Below, in pieces: positions 8,991 to 18,326 of a DNA stretch of 64,000 nucleotides. Location of the stretch: assembly GCA_016839585.1 (NCBI GenBank), contig JAEOTZ010000003.1, positions 27,866-91,865 of the forward strand. The letters run 5' to 3'. The notes beneath the pieces were generated by a model. The model did not search any database. It was not told the DNA's origin and saw nothing but the letters and a program-made list of their open reading frames with translations. How positions within the stretch are numbered: position 1 is the first letter of the stretch; every line of letters starts with the position of its first letter. This DNA comes from Promethearchaeota archaeon (lineage in GTDB: Archaea; Asgardarchaeota; Lokiarchaeia; Sigyniarchaeales; SOKP01). The position numbers and the translations under genes are program-made.

Positions 8991-10001
8991 ATGGCTTTAT
9001 CTGAAAAAGAATTTTATATAAGGGATCTAGTTATAGATGATGAATATGGTACAATTGATTCGAATGCAACAATTCAAGATGCCGCTAAAAAAATGAAGGA
9101 ATTGGGGGTACCAGACTTAGTAGTAATAGAAGGAGAAAAGCGAAAGGTAATTGGAGTTATAGCTGATTTTGATATCGTACAAAATATTGTAGCAGAAGGA
9201 TCAGACTCGAAAACTGAGAGAGTAGTGTCAACAATGTATACAATCACTCCAGTTTCATTAGATACTCCTGTCGAAAAAGCCTTTAAAAGAATGCGTGACT
9301 TGCATGTCAATGTTGTGCCAGTAGTTGAAAAAGAAAGGCTTATTGGCGTAGCTACTATTCAAGATTGTTGGAGTTATATTCCTGATAAAATTGTGGATGA
9401 AATAGGCTTAATTCCTGTAAGAAATACAAAAGTAGCCGAATTTTGGTTTGCTAGTGCATGTGCGATAATAGCATTTGTTTTAGGTATTTTATTGCCAACT
9501 CTTGGAGTTTTTAGTTATTTTACAGGCAATCAATCAGATCTTCAAAGTTTTTTAAACATGGGTCCTATTGGAGGAAAGGTTACGTTCCATGTTTTTGAAG
9601 CACGTGGTGTGAATTTTTTTGTACAGTTAACAGATTTAATTTCGACTAATGGTGAAATATGGTTAGTAGTTGTGATTATTGGTATTTTAATGCTAGTATT
9701 TGGAATAATTGGCTTAATATCAATAGTATATGCTAGTTTTTCTAATGTAAAAAATTATCAAACTGGACGTTTGATCCAATATCTAATTCCTGGTTTAATG
9801 CTTGTTTTCATGGTTCTTGAATGGATCTTTTATGCTATTGGGTTTGCAACCGCTGAACCCTCTGTCAAAATAAAAATTGATGGGGTTGGTTTAACACTTT
9901 CAATTATTTCAATGCTTTTAATTCTGGGAGCTATTTTTCGTGATTATATTTTCCGTGAAAAGGAATCGCCACAATCTAAAACAAGGGAGGTGAAGGAATA
10001 A
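8991..10001 (+). CDS. CBS-pair domain fused to a 4-TM membrane domain
   Basis: Two CBS repeats (TIQDAAKKM...VIGVIADFDI; PVEKAFKRM...LIGVATIQD) followed by four hydrophobic helices. Confidence 0.85.
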   Translation: MALSEKEFYIRDLVIDDEYGTIDSNATIQDAAKKMKELGVPDLVVIEGEKRKVIGVIADFDIVQNIVAEGSDSKTERVVSTMYTITPVSLDTPVEKAFKRMRDLHVNVVPVVEKERLIGVATIQDCWSYIPDKIVDEIGLIPVRNTKVAEFWFASACAIIAFVLGILLPTLGVFSYFTGNQSDLQSFLNMGPIGGKVTFHVFEARGVNFFVQLTDLISTNGEIWLVVVIIGILMLVFGIIGLISIVYASFSNVKNYQTGRLIQYLIPGLMLVFMVLEWIFYAIGFATAEPSVKIKIDGVGLTLSIISMLLILGAIFRDYIFREKESPQSKTREVKE

Positions 10002-10002
10002 G

Positions 10003-11493
10003 ATGCCTCGTGGTGGAGGATTTAGGGGTGGTGGATTTCGAGGTGGAGGATTTCGAGGTGGAGGATTTCGAGGTGGACCAGCAGGATTTCGAATGGGAAG
10101 TGTTCGAACAAGTGGAAGACCATTCGGGCGAACTGGTGCAACAAGAATAGATTCTCGATCTCCAAGAGGTCCTTATTCACATACAATGTATAGACCACGT
10201 CGACATTATTATCGACCTTGGTGGTGGTATCATCGACCTTGGTATTATAGGTGGTGGTACTCACCATGGTGGGCTGGTCGCTATTATCGACCTTGGTATT
10301 ATTCTCCTATGTATATTGGTGGAGGTATAATCTTTTTAATTGTGATGGCATTGATTTTATTGCCTGCTTTTGGTGTTGCTATTTTATTCCCTTTTAGTGA
10401 CGCTGATGTCGATGGATCTGTGAATTACCGTTCAACAGAAACCTTATATTTTAATGAATTTTGGTATGAATATGAAAATATTGAAGCAGGTAATGATATA
10501 ACTTATACTGTTGAATCATCAATTGATGATTGCATCAATTTCGCAATATGGGATCATTCATTTGAAAATTTTCCACTAAAAAACCTTCATGATACTGAAG
10601 TAGGATCAATTCCTCTCCCGAGTAATTACTATGAATATCGATGGATGTTCCTAAGACCAGACTCTATAATAAATTTTGATTTTAACGCAAGTGGTCAGAT
10701 TGATTTTTTTATTGCTAATGGCTATGATCTTTATTTATGGAATCAAGGAGGTTCACCGACTTTTGAACTCAGTATAGATGATACAAATGGGGATTCTGGT
10801 TTTTTAGTGATAGATACTGCTGCTGATTATTATGTGGTATGGTATAACCCTCCGGATGGTGATCCTTCCGTAGATGTTGATTTTACTGTGGATTTTACTA
10901 TTGCTAATGTAGTAGATTTCACAGCAGCAGATTATTATGTTAATAATACCGATTTTGTAACTGGTACATTCAATGTTAATCGTTCAGGCAACTGGTATTT
11001 CTTTATTTACTTTGATCCTATGAATTCAGAAGCAGAATCTACCACAATTAGGTTTGATGTGACTTATGATACTGGAATAACATCAATTGACAGATGGCTA
11101 GAAGTTAGCCCAATATTGATAATTGTCGCAGTTATAGTTGTCATATTAATAATAGCTGCTATTATTGCTAGAAAAGGTCAAAAAAAATTGAAAAGTAAAG
11201 CTCCTCCAAAACCTGCAGCGCCAACTGAACCTTCAACACCTACAGCACCTTCAACTCCAACAATTACTACTAAAAAAGCACCCCCCTCTATTCATAAGTG
11301 TGTTCGTTGTGGAGCAGCTCATTCACCAGACGCCCAATTCTGTCCAAATTGTGGGGGTAAAATACAAGGAAGGCAACTTGGCACTCCTTCAGTTACTACA
11401 CCGGCAATGTCAAAAACATGTTCCTATTGCGGAAGCAAACTTCTGGAGAAAGATAAATTCTGTAAGTGGTGCGGTACTAAAATTGAGCAATAA
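10003..11493 (+). CDS. 2-TM protein: RGG and RPWY low-complexity N-tail, extracellular beta-sandwich region, Pro/Thr linker, double zinc ribbon
   Basis: (RGGGF)x4, then YYRPWW/HRPWYY repeats, TM, an acidic beta-rich region, TM, and CxxC..CPNCG and CxxC..CKWCG. GGAGGTGA RBS lies inside the upstream gene. Confidence 0.85.
   Translation: MPRGGGFRGGGFRGGGFRGGGFRGGPAGFRMGSVRTSGRPFGRTGATRIDSRSPRGPYSHTMYRPRRHYYRPWWWYHRPWYYRWWYSPWWAGRYYRPWYYSPMYIGGGIIFLIVMALILLPAFGVAILFPFSDADVDGSVNYRSTETLYFNEFWYEYENIEAGNDITYTVESSIDDCINFAIWDHSFENFPLKNLHDTEVGSIPLPSNYYEYRWMFLRPDSIINFDFNASGQIDFFIANGYDLYLWNQGGSPTFELSIDDTNGDSGFLVIDTAADYYVVWYNPPDGDPSVDVDFTVDFTIANVVDFTAADYYVNNTDFVTGTFNVNRSGNWYFFIYFDPMNSEAESTTIRFDVTYDTGITSIDRWLEVSPILIIVAVIVVILIIAAIIARKGQKKLKSKAPPKPAAPTEPSTPTAPSTPTITTKKAPPSIHKCVRCGAAHSPDAQFCPNCGGKIQGRQLGTPSVTTPAMSKTCSYCGSKLLEKDKFCKWCGTKIEQ
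10009..10077 (+). repeat. 15-bp coding tandem repeat (RGGGF) x4.6
   Basis: CGAGGTGGAGGATTT-type units repeated in frame. Confidence 0.9.
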
Positions 11494-11564
11494 TTAAATA
11501 GAATTAGTAAAATTATAATTAAATTAAATCTTTTTTCTTTTTTATTACTTTTTAATAATTTAAT

Positions 11565-11756
11565 TCATAATTTTGGTTTTTCTTCTCCATTATTTTTAAA
11601 AGGATCGTAGACTCCTTTTATTTCATTGAGATCTACTGTCATAATCGTATGACGTAAGTGTTTCTTTTCAAACTTTTTTATCTCAAGCTGGTTGATAGGA
11701 CTATCTGGGTGGATAACGATATATTCTCTACATTTAATGCACGCACGAGCTCTCAT
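11565..11756 (-). CDS. Small CxxC...HxxH putative zinc-finger protein
   Basis: RACIKCREY...KKHLRHT. An adjacent paralog conserves the same residues. Confidence 0.75.
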   Translation of the reverse strand: MRARACIKCREYIVIHPDSPINQLEIKKFEKKHLRHTIMTVDLNEIKGVYDPFKNNGEEKPKL

Positions 11757-11886
11757 TATCTAAATTATTAAAATTTTATATCGTGTTCTATTAAAAATAA
11801 TTAAAATCTTTATAAAATTTTACGATCTTAGTTTCTTTTTGTTCAATTAATTAATAGAAATTCGATTTTTATTAATTTTTCTCTTC

Positions 11887-12069
11887 TTATAATGGGTTTT
11901 TACGACCATTATTATTAAATAACTTATATTCTTTTCTTATTTCAGTGAGATCAACAGTTACTAAAGTATGGTTTGAATGGTGCAAGTGAAAATGATTTAA
12001 GTTAGTTTGATTTAATAGATTATTCGGATGAATTATTACGTATTCTTTGCACCTAATACATGCTCGGGA
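11887..12069 (-). pseudogene. Tandem paralog of the small zinc-finger gene lacking a start codon
   Basis: Open frame SRACIRCKEYVIIHPNNLLNQ...HHSNHTLVTVDLTEIRKEY...NNGRKNPL*. An in-frame TAA (12070-12072) sits at the position of paralog residue 2. Confidence 0.65.
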
Positions 12070-12252
12070 TTATTTTTCCTCTAATATTAATAAAAATTAT
12101 TAAAAGTTGGAAATTTAAAAGGATATTTCAAATTTCTTATTTTAGTTTAAAAATGTAAGAATAGAACAAACAAAAAATTAAAATAAAAGTTATTAGAAGT
12201 TTTTAAATTGTAGTTCTTATTTGAGGTATAAACGAGAATTTATCTTTAATTT

Positions 12253-14499
12253 CTAAATTTCCATTAAGTTAGGGATGGTTGAGTCATATAAATTTTTCAA
12301 TTGTTTAATGTTAAGATTTAACTCTTTTAACTTTAAACCCTTAATATTAATTTCTGGTTTAGGAATTAAAACACCAATTTTCTTTATATCTGCACCAAAC
12401 TTTTCTGCTTTCTTAATTATGATCTTATAATCTTTAGGGTCGGTTTCGATAATAAATCTCCCAACAGATTCACTAAATAGAAATTCATCATCTCTTAAAT
12501 TCTCATCATAACAACCTTTTAATTTCAGCTCAGCTCCCAAATTATTATTAAAGCACATTTCAGCAATTGTAATGATGAACCCGCCTTTATTTACATCATG
12601 ATTAGCTTTTACAAGGTCATTTTCATATAAATCAAAAAGGAAATCCCAAGTTGCCTTTGCTTTTTTGTCATTTACCTTTGGAGGTATGCCCCCTTGTAGA
12701 TTATAAATTAAAGAGTGATATTCAGATCCTCCTAATTCTGCTTTAGTTTCACCTATAAGAAACAAATCATTGCCCGCTTTTTTGAATGGAAGAGTTATAA
12801 TCTTATCTTCTCCCTCTATTACTCCAACGATCATTATAATAGGTGTTGCTTTAATTGCGGTTTTCTTTACATCGTCCTCGTTATAGAAAGAAACATTTCC
12901 TCCTACTATTGGAATCCTCATTTCTCTACAAAAATTATTCATTCCTTCAACAGCTTGAGAAAAATACCAAAATGATTCAGGTATTTCTGGGTTTCCAAAG
13001 TTACAACAGTTTACCATTGCCATTGGCTTTGCTCCATTTGCAATTATATTTCCACATATCTCAACTAACCCTCCTTTGGCACCTTCATATGGATCCAAAA
13101 AGCAATGTTTTGAATTCACTCCTACACTTGCCGCAATGAATTTATTAGTACCGATAATTCTAAGAACACCTGAATCTCCTTCACCACACTTTACAACAGA
13201 TCGAATTCCAACTTCATGATCATACTGACGGTAAACCCATTCTTTGCTACAGATGTTTTCTGAAGCAACTAATCTATAAATAATTTCATCCAAACCCAAA
13301 GAAGATTTAGGAGTTTTTTGAGTTAATAGGTCATCTAAATAATCTGGTTTTTTTTCTTCTCGTTTAAAAGTTGGGGATTCTGAAAGAGCTTTTGAAGGGA
13401 TATTTACTACTAGATTTTTTTCATCAAATACTTTAAGAATCTTTGAATCATCTGTTCTTCCTATTACAGCAAAATTCATTTCAAATTTTCTAAATACATC
13501 AAGAACAGTTTCTAACCCTTCTGGTTTAACAATAAAAGTCATTCGTTCCTGTGATTCAGAGAGCATTATTTCATAAGAATTCATTCCTGGTTCTCTTGTA
13601 AATACTTTTCTTAAATCTACCTTTGCTCCTGTATTCCCATCACCAGTTAATTCACTTGTTGCGCATGTAAGTCCGCCCCCACCAAGATCTTTTAAGCCTC
13701 TTACATAACCTGTTTTTACCGCTTCTAAAGTTGCTTCAATAATCAATTTTTTGGTAAATGGATCACCAATTTGGACTGCTGGTCTATCTGCTTCAGACAT
13801 CTCTGTTAAAGTGCGAGAAGCAAATGTTACCCCATGAATTCCGTCTCTACCTGTAGATCCTCCCATAAGGATTACATAATCACCAGGGTTATATGCTCTA
13901 CTTGGAGCATGCTTAAAATCTTCAATAGACCCTAATCCAATACAGGCCACATTTACTAAACAATTACTTTCAAAACTCTCATCAAATTCTACTTCACCCC
14001 CAATAGTCGGGATTCCTGTACAGTTGCCATAATCTGCAATTCCTTTTACAACATATTTAAATAACCATTGTGAATGTGGATTATCTTTTAATGATCCAAA
14101 TCTCAATGGATCTAACAATGCAATTGGTCGAACACCCATACATAGAATATCTCTTATTATCCCACCAATTCCCGTAGCAGCTCCATGATATGGTTCAATG
14201 GCAGAAGGATGATTATGAGACTCTATTCTGAATGCAAGGCAATATCCATCTCCAATATCAATAACACCGGCATCTTGACCAGGACCTGCTAAAACATAGT
14301 CATAATTTGCTTCAGCATCTTCAAACATCTTTAATTTCGGTCGTGATGACTTATAAGAGCAATGCTCACTCCACATGACTGATGCCATTCCAATCTCAGT
14401 AAGATTTGGTTCTCTGCCTAATAATTCTTTAACTTTCTCAAATTCCCATTTAGTTAATTCTACATCAACTTCTTCTCCATTAAGATTTACTCTTGTCAT
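12253..14499 (-). CDS. purL: Phosphoribosylformylglycinamidine synthase subunit PurL
   Basis: MWSEHCSYKSS, ESHNHPSAIEPY, DLGGGGL and LSESQERM motifs. Confidence 0.97.
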   Translation of the reverse strand: MTRVNLNGEEVDVELTKWEFEKVKELLGREPNLTEIGMASVMWSEHCSYKSSRPKLKMFEDAEANYDYVLAGPGQDAGVIDIGDGYCLAFRIESHNHPSAIEPYHGAATGIGGIIRDILCMGVRPIALLDPLRFGSLKDNPHSQWLFKYVVKGIADYGNCTGIPTIGGEVEFDESFESNCLVNVACIGLGSIEDFKHAPSRAYNPGDYVILMGGSTGRDGIHGVTFASRTLTEMSEADRPAVQIGDPFTKKLIIEATLEAVKTGYVRGLKDLGGGGLTCATSELTGDGNTGAKVDLRKVFTREPGMNSYEIMLSESQERMTFIVKPEGLETVLDVFRKFEMNFAVIGRTDDSKILKVFDEKNLVVNIPSKALSESPTFKREEKKPDYLDDLLTQKTPKSSLGLDEIIYRLVASENICSKEWVYRQYDHEVGIRSVVKCGEGDSGVLRIIGTNKFIAASVGVNSKHCFLDPYEGAKGGLVEICGNIIANGAKPMAMVNCCNFGNPEIPESFWYFSQAVEGMNNFCREMRIPIVGGNVSFYNEDDVKKTAIKATPIIMIVGVIEGEDKIITLPFKKAGNDLFLIGETKAELGGSEYHSLIYNLQGGIPPKVNDKKAKATWDFLFDLYENDLVKANHDVNKGGFIITIAEMCFNNNLGAELKLKGCYDENLRDDEFLFSESVGRFIIETDPKDYKIIIKKAEKFGADIKKIGVLIPKPEINIKGLKLKELNLNIKQLKNLYDSTIPNLMEI

Positions 14500-15212
14500 T
14501 AAGATATCCTCCGTTTTATAAATTCAACTATAGAATTGAAAAATAATATTCCATGAGTTGTTCTTTTTGGGCTTAATATTGCTTCTGATGCACGTTCTGG
14601 GTGAGGCATAAATCCAACACAATTTTGTTCTAAATTACAAACTCCTGCGATATTTTCTAAGGAACCATTAGGGTTTGCTTCTTTAGTTAGCTCTCCATTT
14701 TCGGTTGAGTATCTAAAAACAATCTGGTTATTTTCTTCTAATTCTTTTAAATTATCAGTATAATATCGACCTTCTGCATGAGCAATAGGTATGGCAAGAA
14801 CATCTCTTATATTCATTTTATTGGACAATGCTGTTGTATTGTTTTCTACTTTTAGATTTACCCATTTGCAAATAAATTTTAAAGAATCATTTCTTAATAA
14901 AGCACCTGGAAGGAACTGAGCTTCTGTTAATATCTGAAATCCATTACAAAAACCTATTACAGGTCTTCCATCATCTAACATCACTCTTGCCTCATCAATT
15001 GCAGGACTATGGGCAGCAATAATTCCTGCTCTTAAATAATCTCCAAACGCAAACCCTCCAGGTAAGATTACACCATCATATTTAGATTCCTTAAAAAGAT
15101 TATGCCAGACTAAATCTGCTTCTATACCATCAACAACATTATTTAAAACATGTATCGTATCTAAATCACAATTGCTTCCAGCGAACTGAATTACAGCTAA
15201 TTTAACAGTCAT
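14499..15212 (-). CDS. purQ: Phosphoribosylformylglycinamidine synthase subunit PurQ
   Basis: GSNCD, PGGFAFGDYLRAG, CNGFQIL and MPHPERA motifs. Confidence 0.97.
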   Translation of the reverse strand: MTVKLAVIQFAGSNCDLDTIHVLNNVVDGIEADLVWHNLFKESKYDGVILPGGFAFGDYLRAGIIAAHSPAIDEARVMLDDGRPVIGFCNGFQILTEAQFLPGALLRNDSLKFICKWVNLKVENNTTALSNKMNIRDVLAIPIAHAEGRYYTDNLKELEENNQIVFRYSTENGELTKEANPNGSLENIAGVCNLEQNCVGFMPHPERASEAILSPKRTTHGILFFNSIVEFIKRRIS

Positions 15213-15478
15213 GATTTCGATACTTTTAAAATTGTTAGATTTTGGGTAACTGGATTAAAAATTCGTAGATCATTGCACATTTTTTCTACTATCTTTTTAG
15301 CTTCATTCTCATCAGTAGCTTTAAGATTAATGCTTAAAAATTGCCCTGACCGAACGTTAAATACCATATCATACCCTTTTTTAGCCAAAAGGTCTTTTTG
15401 AATAGTTTCACCAACGGGATCTCTAGCTGCTGGTTTATTCATTAATGTTATTTCTACTTGAAATTCTTGTCGATTCAT
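15209..15478 (-). CDS. purS: Phosphoribosylformylglycinamidine synthase subunit PurS
   Basis: DPVGETI...MCNDLRIFNPV. Overlaps the purQ start. Confidence 0.93.
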   Translation of the reverse strand: MNRQEFQVEITLMNKPAARDPVGETIQKDLLAKKGYDMVFNVRSGQFLSINLKATDENEAKKIVEKMCNDLRIFNPVTQNLTILKVSKS

Positions 15479-15600
15479 TTATGAAAAAAGAGGTTGTATA
15501 TATTTTTATTAATTCTTATTAATTTAAAAATAATTCTTATCGACAAAAACGATAAACGCTTGTTCTTTTTCAATTTATTTTGAACCTATATATAAGAATA

Positions 15601-15804
15601 TTAGACATAACCAAAACTAACTATTATCATTAATACTAAAGCTAAAAGACCACACAGTAAACTATATTTGCTAAACTTGGGAAATTTTTTCATATCTATC
15701 TCTTTTTTTTCATCTTTAGTATAAGATTTAATGTCAATTATAGCAAATATAAAACTTAGAATAAATAAGACAAAATCAATAAATAATAATATTAAATTAA
15801 ACAT
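15601..15804 (-). CDS. Small 2-TM hypothetical protein
   Basis: 67 aa with two hydrophobic helices and a charged linker. Confidence 0.5.
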   Translation of the reverse strand: MFNLILLFIDFVLFILSFIFAIIDIKSYTKDEKKEIDMKKFPKFSKYSLLCGLLALVLMIIVSFGYV

Positions 15805-15850
15805 TATAAGAAAAAATACTACTGGTTGTTATATAAATTTTTCTTAAATT

Positions 15851-16828
15851 CTATAAATAATTAGCTTTTTTCAAATTTTCATATATTCTTTTATTTACTT
15901 CGGAAATTTCGGCTTTAAATTTTATCCCAGTAATCTTTTCATAGCTTTTCATATACCTTTTTGCTAATTCTATTTTAATTTCATCTGATATAGGAGGAAT
16001 ATCCTCATTTGGTTTAATATCAGGGAAAATTTCTGGATATGTTTCCATTAACCATCCTCTAAATATTTCTTTATCTAGTATGTCTGGTTCTTCATCATTT
16101 TCAAATTTTTCTTCATAAGAATCGAGTATCCAAAATCGTGAAGAATCCTGGGTGTGAATTTCGTCTATTACAATTAAATCGTCATCCTTTACTCCGAATT
16201 CATATTTAGTATCAACTAGGATCAGTCCATTTCTCTTACAGTAATTTTGGCCAAATTTAAATAGTTTCATAGCAGCATCTTCCATTTGTTCATAGATTTC
16301 TTTACTAACTATTTTTTCTTTTATAATAAATTCTTTTGAGATGTAAATATCATGCCCAGTTTCTGCTTTTGTGGAAGGTGTGATTAAGATATCATCTAAT
16401 TTTTGATTTTTTCTTATCCCCTTAGGAATTCGAATTCCCGAAGTAGGTTCTCCTTTTAAATAATTGCGCCATGCTGTACCAGTAAGATAGGCTCTAACAA
16501 TTATTTCAATTGGGAGGGTTTGACATTGGTGGACAACTGAAACATTAGGATCTGGAACTTCAATGATATGATTTTTTACTAGATCTTTTGTTTTTTCAAA
16601 CCAGAACGAAGAAACCTGATTTAACATCTGACCTTTAAAAGGGATAGTAGTAATAACTCGATCAAATGCACTCAGTCTATCAGTTGCAATAATTATCCTA
16701 ATATTTTCCTTTATATAGTTGTCACGAACCTTTCCTCTATATAATTTTCCTAATGAAGGAAATTTTGTTTCTTTTAATGTAAATTCTAGTTGCTTCTTAA
16801 TTATATTTTCAATATTTTCCTCTGGCAT
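15851..16828 (-). CDS. purC: SAICAR synthase
   Basis: YRGKVRDNY, TDRLSAFD, LVDTKYEFG and DEIHTQDSSRFW motifs. Confidence 0.96.
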   Translation of the reverse strand: MPEENIENIIKKQLEFTLKETKFPSLGKLYRGKVRDNYIKENIRIIIATDRLSAFDRVITTIPFKGQMLNQVSSFWFEKTKDLVKNHIIEVPDPNVSVVHQCQTLPIEIIVRAYLTGTAWRNYLKGEPTSGIRIPKGIRKNQKLDDILITPSTKAETGHDIYISKEFIIKEKIVSKEIYEQMEDAAMKLFKFGQNYCKRNGLILVDTKYEFGVKDDDLIVIDEIHTQDSSRFWILDSYEEKFENDEEPDILDKEIFRGWLMETYPEIFPDIKPNEDIPPISDEIKIELAKRYMKSYEKITGIKFKAEISEVNKRIYENLKKANYL

Positions 16829-16904
16829 GATAATAAATAATAGAAAAAGCCATAAAAAATCTATTTATTAATTATAAAATAAATAATACGTCCCTTATTC
16901 TAAT

Positions 16905-17270
16905 TTACTTTTTATAATACTTTCCGTTATTGAATTCTTTAACGGAATACTTACTTTTGTTTTTTTCCATTTTCCCTATAAACGCTTTAGTTAAATCTAA
17001 ACCCAAAACATTAATAATACTAATTAAATAGATAAAAACATCTGCAATTTCGTCAGATATGTTAGCTAATAGAGTTTCATCTTTTAAGATATGTTCAATC
17101 TTATCCCCCTTGAATAATAAACATTGAGATAGTTCTGCTGCTTCAATCATTAAAGCTTGAATTAAATTCTTTGGTGTGTGGTACTTTTTCCAATTACGGC
17201 TATTCACAAAATTATTCACTTCTTTTTTAAAAAATGAAACTAGCGTATTTTGATCATGAATTTCATCCAT
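16905..17270 (-). CDS. MazG-like nucleotide pyrophosphohydrolase (dCTPP1/RS21-C6 type)
   Basis: RNWKKYHTPKNL, EAAEL, DEIADV and KMEKNKSKY motifs. Confidence 0.9.
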   Translation of the reverse strand: MDEIHDQNTLVSFFKKEVNNFVNSRNWKKYHTPKNLIQALMIEAAELSQCLLFKGDKIEHILKDETLLANISDEIADVFIYLISIINVLGLDLTKAFIGKMEKNKSKYSVKEFNNGKYYKK

Positions 17271-17315
17271 TTTAAAATCAAACTCTTATTTATTAACCGA
17301 ATTAATATTAATTAA

Positions 17316-18143
17316 TCACTTAAAACTTCTAATAAAATTACATATTAATTCATTAACTACCTCTTTCCTTTGAGCAGGAGCGAAATGACCTGCCATATCA
17401 ATAATTTCTAATTGAGAAATTTTAATTTTTTTATGAAGTTCTTCTGACATCGCTTCAGGAGCAAAGTTATCAAGTCTCCCTCCAATTATAAGAGTTGGGC
17501 ATAAAATACTTGAGGGGTCATACTCATTTATTTCATTTATCATTCCAAAGATTTGCTCTTCAATTTTCATATATAACTCATCTTTAGTTAATTTTGAGCC
17601 AACTAAAGAATCTGATAATGCCATTATAATAAAAGGTATGGTTCTATCTAAAATTTTCTCAACTGAATTTGCTACTACATCCAAAAAACTCATACGAATA
17701 GAATAAGGGAGTAAATTATAAAAAATATTTCGGATTACGTTATCTATCATTATATAGCCAGAATTTAATAAAATAAGAAATTTGATATCATCAGGATATT
17801 TCATGCAAATCAATTGAGCTATCATCCCTCCTACGAGAGAATGCCCTATTATCCCATACTTTTCTTTAACTCCTAAATATTTTAGTAAATCTTGTAAATC
17901 TCTGATAATTTCATATCTTATATTTTTTGAAAGATACAACTTTTTTGGATGATCACTTCTCCCATGCCCTAATGCATCAAACGCAATTATACGATAATCT
18001 TCTTTTAAAATTTTTATTTGGGCTTTAAAAAAAGATGCTGAAGAGGCGAAACCATGAAGCATAATTATAGTACACATTTTTGATGAAGAGTTAATATCTT
18101 CATAATAAAGTCGGTATCCCTCTCTATTCACAAAATAAGGCAT
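17316..18143 (-). CDS. Alpha/beta-fold hydrolase
   Basis: LHGF, DALGHGRS, GHSLVGG, and late D and GH motifs. Confidence 0.88.
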   Translation of the reverse strand: MPYFVNREGYRLYYEDINSSSKMCTIIMLHGFASSASFFKAQIKILKEDYRIIAFDALGHGRSDHPKKLYLSKNIRYEIIRDLQDLLKYLGVKEKYGIIGHSLVGGMIAQLICMKYPDDIKFLILLNSGYIMIDNVIRNIFYNLLPYSIRMSFLDVVANSVEKILDRTIPFIIMALSDSLVGSKLTKDELYMKIEEQIFGMINEINEYDPSSILCPTLIIGGRLDNFAPEAMSEELHKKIKISQLEIIDMAGHFAPAQRKEVVNELICNFIRSFK

Positions 18144-18326
18144 GTGAGCTACAAATCGTATAATATTCTATATTTTTTGAAATAAAAGATTCAAAAAATA
18201 CTTTACTAAATTTTAAAATTAGTTTTTATTAACAGAAAATTATCCAAACACATTATTTAAAGGAAAAAAAAATATTACAAATTTTTTGTTACTCTCTTCT
18301 TTTCATAAACTTCGAGTAAAAAATAG

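Noticed and set aside
10009-10311. Short direct repeats as a possible CRISPR array
   Set aside because: The repeats are in-frame, 12-15 bp, lack unique spacers of regular length, and no cas genes are present.
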